From contig NKIB01005148.1 in NCBI GenBank assembly GCA_002256025.1, forward strand, positions 117,233 to 137,232: a stretch of 20,000 nt of DNA, given 5' to 3'. Numbering within the stretch: position 1 is the stretch's first letter; each line of letters opens with the position of its first letter. Positions 10,052 to 19,314 of the stretch are shown here, piece by piece. Under the pieces are notes generated by a model, which saw nothing but the letters and a program-made list of their open reading frames with translations, was not told where the DNA came from and did not search any database. The stretch comes from Asterionella formosa. Taxonomy: Eukaryota. The position numbers were made by a program, and so were the translations under genes.

Positions 10052-10870
10052 CATGACGCAATATAACATGAAAAAGGCATAAAGATGTTTGGTGATGCAC
10101 GCGTTGAGGCTGTTCAAACAGAATTACAGCAATTACACGACAGGAAAGTCCTAGAACCAAAAATCCAAAAGCTTGACTCTATTAAGCTAAACGCTGAAGA
10201 GGCGGCGGTGCTGTTCCATCATAATGTGGCCAAACTACTATTTTTATGCAAACGGCCTTGGCCTGACATTCAAACTGCCATTGCATTCCTATGCACAAGA
10301 GTGAAATGTCCAGATGAGGATGACTACAAAAAACTGTGTAGTGTTATGAAATGCTTACAAGGAACAATCAATATGCAGCTGAAATTAGAAACAGACGACG
10401 TCAAGATCGAAAAATGGTGGGTTGACGCCTCCTTTGCAGTGCACCCAGAAATGAAGAGTCACACTGGAGGAACAATGACACTAGGCAAGGGCATCATGTA
10501 TGGCACATCAACCCAACAGAAAATTAATACAAAAAGTTCAACCGAGGGTGAGCTTGTGGGGGTGAATGATGTAATGCCTCAAGTTCTCTGGTCTAGGTAC
10601 TTTTTGGAAGCTCAGGGATATGCAGTCTCTGACTCAGTGATATACCAGGATAACTAGAGTGCAATCCTATTAGAGAAGAATAGAAAAGCATCCAGCAGCA
10701 AGCGTACTTGACATATCAATATTCGATATTTTTTTGTGACAGATAGTAGGATTGCCTCTCGTGAGGTCTCTGTGCAATACTACCCTACTGAAAACATGAG
10801 TGCAGATTTTTTTACCAAGCCCTTTCAGGGTGCAGTTTTCAAGAAATTTAGGGACCAGATTATGAACGTT
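10052..10870 (+). pseudogene. pol: Copia RT flanks (core deleted) and RNase H remnant
   Basis: MTQYNMKKA...ELQQLHDRKVLEP is joined directly to FHHNVAKLLFLCKR.WPDIQTAIAFLCTRV, with no YVDD. RNase H motifs WWVDASFAVHPEMKSHTG, KSSTEGELV, YQDN*SAI, RT*HINIRYFF and ADFFTKP follow. Confidence 0.88.
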
Positions 10871-10900
10871 GATCCTACAACAACCTCAAGCTTGCAGGAT

Positions 10901-10910
10901 CACAGGAGTG
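10901..10910 (+). other. Polypurine-tract-like element before the 3' LTR
   Basis: CACAGGAGTG immediately precedes the TGTAA start of the 3' LTR. It is short and only partly purine-rich. Confidence 0.5.
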
Positions 10911-11085
10911 TGTAAGAAAATGCGGAAACAGACTTGTCAGACTATTATGAAGGTACTGAATGGATTCACGTGACTAACAAGAAAGAGAACAAGGCCACTT
11001 GTCAGCCAAGAAAGCGTCACCAACAAGGGTACCAAAATAGGTACCAGGTGCACTATATAATATATGGGCCATGCTCATTCTTTTA
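10911..11085 (+). repeat. 3' LTR (probably truncated at its 3' end)
   Basis: It starts TGTAAGAAAATGCGGAAACAGAC and aligns to 7077-7266 with about 12 substitutions and 4 indels by manual count. Similarity stops after ATGCTCATTCTTTTA. An alternative end is CTAACA at 11101. Confidence 0.85.
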
Positions 11086-11870
11086 AAATTGCAAACTAAC
11101 AGCCATGTGGTGCAGTCTCGAATATTGTTGCATCTAAAGTGGCTACACTGCTGGCTTGGCTAAAAAACCCAACCAGTACCATTTGCAGAAGCTAAATCAG
11201 GCGGGAAAGGCAACTCATTCGCTACTAGTACAATTACCTGTAACTACGACACCAAATTATTCACTGTCATTTTTAGGACATACCTCATCAATTTTTACCC
11301 TGACAACAAATCCAAGTTTAAACATCCAACTCACGAAATGCAAGAGAGACTTACTCACCCCAAGGAAAGGCGCCGTGCTGAACTTGCTGTTGGAAAGGAT
11401 GACATTGTTGATCTGGTGTCGAAAGCTTGGGATGAATCCTTTTCCCATATCGCTATAAACCAAAAAGCTGTTGCTGAATGAGGTTGGGGTTCATTGAACT
11501 ACAACTTCTTCTTCCATCCAGAAATTCAACTGAAAAGTCCCTCAAATCTGCAAACAGAAGCAAGCAATAATCAACCAGTCTCTTCCATTCCCCCATCCGG
11601 ACTTAACTTGAGCCAAGGCATCTCTGGAACCCTTGTTGATCAGGTCGTACAGTATCGCAATCATGAGTACCAATGAAAAGGAACAGCACTAAGGGCGATT
11701 GCAAGCAATAAACAATACACAGCCGGTCTTCATGTTGCTGGAGGCAGGTACTTCAACTTTTAAAGTGGTCAAGCAATGAAGAGCTGAAAAGGAAGAGGCG
11801 TGCGGAAGAAGTGCAGAGTGAGCGATAGTATAAGAATATAAATACACACACGGCGCTTGCAAACAAGGTT
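11086..11870 (+). mobile_element. Decayed pogo/Tc1-mariner-like (DDE_1) transposase fragment
   Basis: Across a frameshift it reads IQLTKCKRDLLT / KERRRAELAVGKDDIVDLVSKAWDESFSHIAINQKAVAE*GWGSLNYNFFFHPEI (11398-11526, TGA at 11479-11481). This resembles the AW...I...G helix region after the DDE_1 catalytic core. The catalytic residues themselves were not seen. Confidence 0.6.
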
Positions 11871-12317
11871 GATGCAATCAGAACTCTAAACAAACAGCCA
11901 GCCTGCAGAGTAGACAGTGGTACAAACGAAAACAATGGCAACATGTTACTTGCGAGCAGGCAATCTTCCATTACCAACACCAAAGCAACTTCTACTTACC
12001 AGATACCATGACACTATGATGTGTGGTGATGCTGCAGTACCAGTTGCAACTGCCATGGCGCCACTTCCTCACCCTTCAGTTGCTCCTATTACATGACAAG
12101 ATATTATGGGAAGACCACCACCAGTCTAAGAAGGAGTGATGCAATGACTACAGCGAAAAAAATGCGAGGAGTCTTCCATGGAACCAACAAGATAAAATTG
12201 GAACAACAACACCAGTTTGAGAAAGATGCAGCTACTTACTGCGAAAAAAATGCAAACGATATAACATTTCTAACCGTCGCCTATAAAAATAACTTCATCT
12301 ATGGTAAAGTTTTGATC

Positions 12318-12522
12318 AATGGCTTTGAGCCACTTCGGCCGTTTTCGTCACTTTCAAAATGGATAGATCTTAGTAAATATGTGTTGAAGTAAAAAATGAT
12401 TTAATTGTCATGTAGCTTAATGTACTAACTAATATCGCGCCAAAGGGCGAAAGAGGGGATCGATTTTAGCATAATTCTAGAATTAGTCGGAAAACGATAT
12501 AATTACGTGGCTCAAAGCCATT
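12318..12522. repeat. Perfect 16-bp inverted repeat with 173-bp spacer
   Basis: AATGGCTTTGAGCCAC (12318-12333) and GTGGCTCAAAGCCATT (12507-12522) are exact reverse complements. Confidence 0.8.
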
Positions 12523-12836
12523 TATAACTGGTACACTGACGGCGCTGATCGCGTTAAATTTGACTGAAAAGACCCTGCTTATTCATAGGAGGTGGCTAGA
12601 CCAGCCTCCATGTAAAACTGCATGTACTGTAGCTGCAAAATTTATGACGATCATCGACATTATCCATTCATCACGAAAAGCACATGTTGGCTTCTCCTCA
12701 TTTAACTTTTATCTAAAGAAAATTGTTTCTAACTTCGCTCCCGTGTTGTGTGACATTGATATAAGGGTTCATTCACTCCATATTTCGCTTCCACACACAC
12801 AATACAGACCACTTCCTTCACTAACTAATTCACACG

Positions 12837-14770
12837 ATGAAGTTGTACGCAGAAGCAGCGAGGGCAGCCCTTGCTGTGGTTCTCTTCTCCACTTCAATCG
12901 TGATTTCAGAGAGTTTCGCCCTTGTTCGATCGAACTCACGATTGATGGAACCAATGAACCCGTCCGTATCGACCCGATTACATATGGTGGCGACAGAAAT
13001 AAATCCGTCGAATGACTTGAAAGAGTTGGGAAGCGATGGCATCTATCATATTCGCAACCAGGAGCAATACCAGTGAGTTCTGGACAATGGAACTTCTCGT
13101 TGTGGTGACGATGCGAAAACTCAGCAGCGCTTCGACTCTAACACATTCTTGCGCCCCCTCTCCCTCCTTTCAGTGAATTCTTAGCCTCAAACTCGGACAA
13201 AATAATTGTACTCAAATTCTTTGCTCCTTGGTGTAAGGCATGTCAAAGTTTGGATCCTCGCTTTCAACGGATTGTAGATGATCCCAAATACGCCAACCTA
13301 CCCTTGGTATTTGCTGATTTATCGGTCAGTGAGAATAAAGAATTGGCCAAACGAATTGGAGTTCTGGCACTGCCTTCTGTTCGGATGTACGCTGGCGGAG
13401 GATTGGTGGAAAACTTTCCTTGTGGACCTTCTAAGGTTCCCATTTTGAAAGCAAAACTAGACCAACTAGTGCATGACAGAATCGATCCAGAGACCAATAT
13501 ATTACGAGATCTTGTCGTTGACATTGAAAATACCACAAGTACAGACTGGACTTTGAGGGAACTTGATGGCAGAGGAATCAGAACAACCGTGGATGGTGTG
13601 GAGGTTTCGAACGAGACTATTCAACGAATGCAGACGACGATTCCCTACTTGAATGAATTGACCAACGATCAATTTAACGGCCTAATGGCAAAGGCCAAAC
13701 TAGTTTCCTTCAATAAAAACTCAATTATTGCCAGAGAAGGAACGCCAGGGCGAACATTTTATGTTATCTTATCGGGTGAAGTAGAGGTCGCATGCAGGAC
13801 TGCATTTGAGGATCCCCTTACAACACCGTCGTTTTATCTTGGAACTGTAATTAATCGACTCAAAGCATATGATTACTTTGGTGAACGGGCATTGATCACG
13901 GGCGAACCCATGTCAGCTTCTCTTGTCACAACAGAAAATACCAAAATTGTGGCTTTTGATGTTGACGATATTCCGTCCTCCTCCATTTTGTCAGGGAAAG
14001 GACTAGCAAGTGCTGATCGCATGCAACAAGTTGACAGTAAGTACGGTGTTGACGTTGGCAGTCTGGATATGCTCCAAGTGAATGCGCAGCTGGAAGCTTC
14101 AAAGTTGAATAGTCAAGTACGAGGATCCATCAATTCACCAAACATTATTCGAGGTGTCGATACAGATGAAGACTTTATAGAGATCCCAACTGCGAAGAAG
14201 GATAACGATTTAATTATTTCCCTTTTGGTAAAGTTCCGCATGATTCGGCATGCGGCCCGTTGCTTTGATTACATCATGACAACTGCACCAAAATGGGGCG
14301 ACGATGGTTCCCAACGACGACGTAGCATGCTGGTTAGTCGACTCACTGCTGCTCAAAAGGAAGAGTTTCAAGATGTCTTTGCGATAATCGATAAATCACG
14401 AGATGGTGAAATCAGCTTATTGGAATTAGAACGTTTTATGAGCTCTGTGGGCGAAGTAAAATCGGATGCGGAACTTCAAGCGGTGATTGCCAATTCTCTG
14501 CAAAATTTGGACGGAAAGAAAGTTATAACGAAACAAGATTTTATGGGAATCATGGCAGAAGCAGACTTTTATCATTTATTCAAGGACACGTTTGCCAGTT
14601 TGGATAAGTACAACTCTGGTTTTGTGAAGGCGTCAGAGTTAGATCGTGTCCTCTGTGGAATGCGTGATTTGATAAGTGATGATCGCAAGTCAATTATTGA
14701 TGTCGACGACAAGGACATGATGATTGATTATGAACAATTCAGCAAGATGCTATTGGGAACAACGTTATGA
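12837..14770 (+). CDS. Thioredoxin (WCKAC) + cyclic-nucleotide-binding domain + EF-hand protein, predicted plastid-targeted; exons 12837-13072 and 13174-14770, 610 aa
   Basis: Splicing joins ORF 12837 to ORF 13250 in frame. The presequence is MKLYAEAARAALAVVLFSTSIVISES-FAL. The Trx domain reads KIIVLKFFAPWCKACQSL (WCKAC at 13229-13243)...GVLALPSV. The cNMP domain reads IIAREGTPGRTFYVILSGEVEV...DYFGERALITGEPMSAS. EF loops are DKSRDGEISLLE (14390-14425) and DKYNSGFVKASE (14603-14638). Confidence 0.9.
13073..13173 (+). other. Spliceosomal intron (101 nt, phase 2)
   Basis: Donor GTGAGT, branch-site CTAAC at 13138-13142, a pyrimidine tract and acceptor TTTCAG are present. Removal restores a continuous frame through WCKAC. 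Confidence 0.9.
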
Positions 14771-15737
14771 AGCGACCAGCAGGTGAGGCTACACATGCAA
14801 ATTTGAGCACAAGACTTTTTGGTCAATGTCGGATAGAAAGCATTCTAAGCACACCAGTTTGGCTTGCACGCCTTCAATAAGCAGAATGCATAATGCAAAA
14901 GAATAGATAAATAAAGAAAGCAAATCGCACAACATAGCTTATTTTTGAAAGTATCACTGTAGTAGCGAAGCAAGTGCTTAACTATCGCAGTGCATTCTGA
15001 CCTTTTCCTACCAGGCAGCTTGTGCCACCTTCCTAAGCAGTTTCCCCTAATGCTGCAGCTAAGATGACCAAATTTGCAAAACGTGGTTGAGGACTTGCCT
15101 ACACTAACTAAACTAAGGAAGAGAAGGTTTTGATAGCACAATCAATACTTGCCTAGTCACATATATCCTATTCGATTGTCAGCCACCCGAGAGTGTGCTG
15201 GAGGCGTGCCTTGCATGTATCTTCTGTAACCCGGTGTTATTATACATGGCATATTGCTTGACAACATTGATGATTCTCATGCTGGCATATGGTCATACGA
15301 CTTACGTTTTCGTCAGCTGTGGCAATCTCGTCGGATGAAGCAGTCTCTGACTTACATCACATCGGCCAGACTCGCACATATGATGTTGGGAACAGACTAT
15401 AGACATATGTATTATTGATTTAATGAGTAAAATATCATCTTCACACATTTGGTGCATTACACTAAATTAATTGGTAGAGGATTAGGGTGATGAGGTTTAG
15501 GACTCTGCAACCTCCGCCTCGGATGGCTTTTTTGATCTCAAAAAATTAGCCATAATTTCACATCTATCGCAAAACATCCTTGACCTTTGGTCGGCGGACT
15601 TTTGTCGCATGACGAGACTTAAATTGTAATCCTGCACCGATAGCTGCAAGTTGCGGTCATTTTGCTTAAACAAACAATTTAATAAAGAAAGCTAAATTCT
15701 TAGTTTCAGAACAATTGCCGCAACTTGCTGGTATTAC

Positions 15738-15820
15738 GGTACCAGGTACTCCGGTAGAAAACCACGGTACTAGGTACTCGAATATAGTCGCTTGTGACTT
15801 TATGTACCTGTACCGGTACA
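15738..15820. promoter_or_regulatory. GGTAC/TACCGGTA motif cluster upstream of the heme-binding gene
   Basis: GGTACC is at 15738 and GGTAC at 15745, 15766 and 15773. The 12-bp palindrome TGTACCGGTACA is at 15809-15820. A regulatory role is inferred. Confidence 0.4.
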
Positions 15821-16210
15821 TTGATTCGTAGACTGAGTAATTCACACACTGGTGTATGTTTATATAGAATCCGTGGTACACAAATTTATTATGCCATTAA
15901 TATCTCGTTTCAGGACGTCCGACCTACCGAAAGTCAGCATAAATTGATTCTTGCTTGCAATTCGACCACGAATCATCGACTAATCGATCCAAATATCTGA
16001 CGCGAAACCCAGTTACCGGCAACGAAAAACCACTTGTTGTGAGTCAGTTGACAATGTTCGATTGTAGTCGGAGTCTCCAACTTCCATTAAGTACCCTGGA
16101 AGTTTGCTCCGTCGAATATAGTGAGTACTGTTTTCCTCACAATTAGGCATCTTCGCCATAAAACTGACCAAAAGTTCTTCTTGTCAGCATTGATTTTACC
16201 CTACTCAACA

Positions 16211-17224
16211 ATGAATCTCCTTGTCAACAACTCTGTCCTCGCTCTACTTCTTGTACTCGCCAGCACTACCTACGCCCAACAATGCTCCGGAAAACCAAGC
16301 ACCTTGACATGCTTACCAGCATCAATTTCACCAACTCTAGATGCGGAGCTCAGCGAATGGGCCAGCGTGGAAGGCATTGATACAAGTATTTATCAGATTG
16401 GCGGGACGGAATACCATCACAACGTCTCCTACAAATGCTTGTACGATGAAACGAACATATACTTTGCCCTCGTCATCCCTGGAGACTACCGCTTCAACGC
16501 TTCGGTTAGCGAGCTTTGCGCATCAATTGCTACCATGTTCAAGATTGGCTCTAATGCATCCTACATCAACATGGGAGGCTGTCCCGACGCTGCCTTTTCA
16601 TGCTTGAGTAATGGCACAGTACCAGCTTCCTGTGACGACTATCGTGTTGATATTGGTTCTCATTGGGAGCTGCCCACCACGCAACAAAATGTGGCATACC
16701 AAATAGCCGTGCAAGACGGCAGTGGTGAGGACCCAGTGGCAGGAAACAACGATGAATACGCAGTGAGTCCCTATTGCCGCGCCTTTGACGATGGTGCCGG
16801 TGCAGGCAATGAATGGGTGGGAGCATGGGCTCATTCCAACCCAACAGATGGAGCAGCGGGTAGTTACACCTTTGAATTGTCCCGCTTGCTGTCGACCAAG
16901 TCGTCATCGACGGATTTACAACTTGTGGCAGGTAAAACGTACAGTTTTGGTATCGCGTTCTGGGATCCTTGGCAGACAGAAGCAGGATGGCTAGATCCCG
17001 GTCACTACATAACTGGGTGTGCCTCCGAGTGGATCGATCTCGTCCTTCAGAAAAGCTCCCCTGGTAACTCTACCCCTGCAGCTGCTCCATCTCAAAGTGG
17101 TGGTTCAACTGCCACACCTGCCCCCACAAAAGGTGCTAGTACTGGAAGCAGCACACGAGGCGTTCACCTTGGAATCATGTTGACCTCCCTTGTTGCTACA
17201 ATGATGCTTCTTTTGCTGCACTAA
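16211..17224 (+). CDS. Secreted, probably GPI-anchored DOMON-like/EB_dh-type heme-binding protein (337 aa)
   Basis: The ATG at 16211 gives the signal peptide MNLLVNNSVLALLLVLASTTYA. Motifs TLDAELSEW, KCLYDETNIYFAL, NMGGC, WVGAWAHS, YTFELSRLL, FGIAFWDP and GHY are present. An S/T/P/A-rich linker is followed by a terminal hydrophobic tail with no cytosolic segment. Confidence 0.8.
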   Translation: MNLLVNNSVLALLLVLASTTYAQQCSGKPSTLTCLPASISPTLDAELSEWASVEGIDTSIYQIGGTEYHHNVSYKCLYDETNIYFALVIPGDYRFNASVSELCASIATMFKIGSNASYINMGGCPDAAFSCLSNGTVPASCDDYRVDIGSHWELPTTQQNVAYQIAVQDGSGEDPVAGNNDEYAVSPYCRAFDDGAGAGNEWVGAWAHSNPTDGAAGSYTFELSRLLSTKSSSTDLQLVAGKTYSFGIAFWDPWQTEAGWLDPGHYITGCASEWIDLVLQKSSPGNSTPAAAPSQSGGSTATPAPTKGASTGSSTRGVHLGIMLTSLVATMMLLLLH

Positions 17225-17588
17225 AGTAAGGACTGGGCGTATGGTTCGTCGAACATTTGGTTACACTAAAACGTCACATGCTACTCAGTAGCCTACGGTG
17301 CTGCCGGAAATTAGTTACATGACACGCAAAACATGGTTTGAAACCCCTACAACTTGCTCCTGCAAGTACAGAATCAAACAATATAAAAAGTCGATCCGAT
17401 TCCTGGGCAAATAAATTTAATTTTAATTAATATATTGTCCATCATACCCGTAATACAAATATGTATCATATTTTATATCGACGAATATTGCCGGTAACGA
17501 CACGCCAGCTTTTCAATTCTGTTGTAGCATTCCATCAACATTTTCTGTCCGATTCAAGATGTATACAATGCGTACTACTTGTTCTAAT

Positions 17589-18011
17589 TCAAATAAAATG
17601 GTGCTTCCCATCATCGCTGACATCCAGTGATTTCGACACCAACTCCTCGTTTAGAACTGAATCATCCTCATCCCCAAAAATCATCCTCATCATCGTCCCA
17701 GGAATATGTCCCCAATTCATCATTATTGACCACTTCTCTAAGTCCACAAGAGACGAGATCAAAAAATTGTAAGTAAATTCATGAAAAACGCGATTGGTTG
17801 ATTTCGACCGTTTCGCAGCTGTTCTGGGTGGATTGTCGAGTGAAATTCCTTTCAATTCACATTTGGCTTCTACAAAGGTTTGTAAGGATCATAGCATAAG
17901 TTGTCTAGAAACTTGTGTTGCTTTTCCCTCCTCCCTTTTACTGGATTGCGTGTTGTTCAGATCAGTGAATGTTGTTTCACTAGGCCTCTGGATTCGTGTT
18001 CCCGTTCCCAA
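17589..18011 (-). pseudogene. Possible gene relic of unknown family
   Basis: One frame of about 140 codons is interrupted only by a TGA at 17889-17891 and has a protein-like acidic C-terminal part. No recognisable domain was found. Confidence 0.25.
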
Positions 18012-18148
18012 TCAGCCTCAATGAACTACAATCCAAGTGCGATTGACAAAACCCCCGACGACAATACCGCAAAATTTGTTGCATTTCCCAAGTCTTGTAA
18101 ACTTTCGATGCTTCTAAACTTACTTTGCAGGTACTTTTTTGTCATTTT

Positions 18149-19303
18149 CTATGTGGACTCAAGCAAAGTTGTTGCAACTCCTTGGCGAACATTCGAAATA
18201 TGCGTCCAATGTTCTAAATCATCCAAAAGGCCTGTTCCACAAATATCTACATCGTGCAAGGCTGGGGCGTCCACGGTGGCATGAGCCAGTTTTGTGCACC
18301 CACATACATTCAATTGTAACAAAGCAGGAGCATAAAGGTCCAACACTTCCAAAAGCGGCAACATGGAAAGGTTCAATTCTTTTATTGAGGAGGAGGCCAC
18401 TATGACAGTGTGCAAGCGAAGACATACAGCCGTGACCAAATGACTCAACGACGGGCAATCCAAACTAAGTTTTGAAAGGTTTGAAGAAAGGGTAACATCG
18501 AGAGACGCGAGCGTTGACGAGCAAATGTCGAGGGTCATCAATAAGGGGCACTTGGATATTTTCAATAATGCTAAGTGGTTCAATGACTGTACCGCATTCT
18601 GGATGGATTCTCCTCCTAGTCGTCTACAGTCGGAGAGTTGCAATGATACTAGCTGTGGACAATGAAAGGCCGGCAAATCACGCAAGTCAAAACAGCCCAT
18701 CAAACGTAGGTGCCGCAAGGAATGGCTCTGAATCTTGGGCGAAAAAATTCTTGAGCACATTGCCAAGGACAGAGTTTCAAGAAGTCGACGGCCCAGGATA
18801 GTGTCAATGTGTTCATCTTGTATCGAATAGCAATATTGTATCGAGAGAGTCTCCAAATCACTGGAGAGGAGGACGCTTCCAAAGTCCACTGTAAATTTGC
18901 CATGAAGAGTCACGTGTTTTGCCTGTTCGAGATGCAACATGGCGGGACAGGGACCACTCCGAGAGAACGCAAAGGTATAGCCATGGAGGTGAATTTCTTG
19001 AAGAGTCGACAGTGCTACCGTGGCGTTGCTAAGGATGGAGAACAACGCGTTGCCAACCAATTCCAGGCCAGCGAGGTACAACACACGAATCCGTTTGAAT
19101 TTATTGATCAGTGATCGCAATTGACGTTCATTCAGGAGTGGCCCATCGTTGTAGATGTGAGTCGCATCGGCCGACGCTTGGTTCAAGAGGGCCGACGACC
19201 ACGACAGCGATTGGAGCTCGTGGAGGCGCAGAAAGCTCAGGACGCTGCGAATGCAATCCGGAGGCAGCAATTCAAGCAACGAGAGGACTGCGCCGTCACT
19301 CAT
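18149..19303 (-). CDS. F-box/leucine-rich-repeat (FBXL-type) protein (384 aa)
   Basis: The N-terminal F-box reads LLELLPPDCIRSVLSFLRLHELQSLSWSS. Cys-containing LRRs follow (LETLSLAMCSRI, LRHLRLMGCFDL, LVSLQLSDCRRL, LLQLNVCGCTKL). Confidence 0.88.
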   Translation of the reverse strand: MSDGAVLSLLELLPPDCIRSVLSFLRLHELQSLSWSSALLNQASADATHIYNDGPLLNERQLRSLINKFKRIRVLYLAGLELVGNALFSILSNATVALSTLQEIHLHGYTFAFSRSGPCPAMLHLEQAKHVTLHGKFTVDFGSVLLSSDLETLSIQYCYSIQDEHIDTILGRRLLETLSLAMCSRIFSPKIQSHSLRHLRLMGCFDLRDLPAFHCPQLVSLQLSDCRRLGGESIQNAVQSLNHLALLKISKCPLLMTLDICSSTLASLDVTLSSNLSKLSLDCPSLSHLVTAVCLRLHTVIVASSSIKELNLSMLPLLEVLDLYAPALLQLNVCGCTKLAHATVDAPALHDVDICGTGLLDDLEHWTHISNVRQGVATTLLEST

Positions 19304-19314
19304 GGAAAGGGAAT

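Larger units (their letters stand above)
7077..11085 (+). mobile_element. Degenerate, internally deleted Ty1/copia LTR retrotransposon (diatom CoDi-like)
   Basis: Two direct LTRs flank a fragmented gag-protease-integrase-RT-RNaseH region in copia order, with multiple stops and frameshifts. The element is about 4.0 kb, with the integrase N-terminal part and RT core missing. Confidence 0.95.

Noticed and set aside
13250..13252. TTG start of the 506-aa ORF
   Set aside because: This is an ORF-caller artefact. The frame extends upstream through WCKAC to the splice acceptor at 13173.
14845..16146. Short ORFs between the Trx-cNMP-EF and heme-binding genes
   Set aside because: They have no domain signal and mostly non-ATG starts, so the region is treated as intergenic.
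16121..16210. GTG-initiated N-terminal extension of the 367-aa ORF
   Set aside because: In a eukaryotic context, the ATG at 16211 directly precedes a clean signal peptide and is the better start.
364..17891. Recurrent in-frame TGA as selenocysteine or an alternative genetic code
   Set aside because: These TGAs occur only in decayed sequences, mostly at expected Arg positions and often with frameshifts nearby. The intact gene at 12837-14770 uses TGA as its stop.
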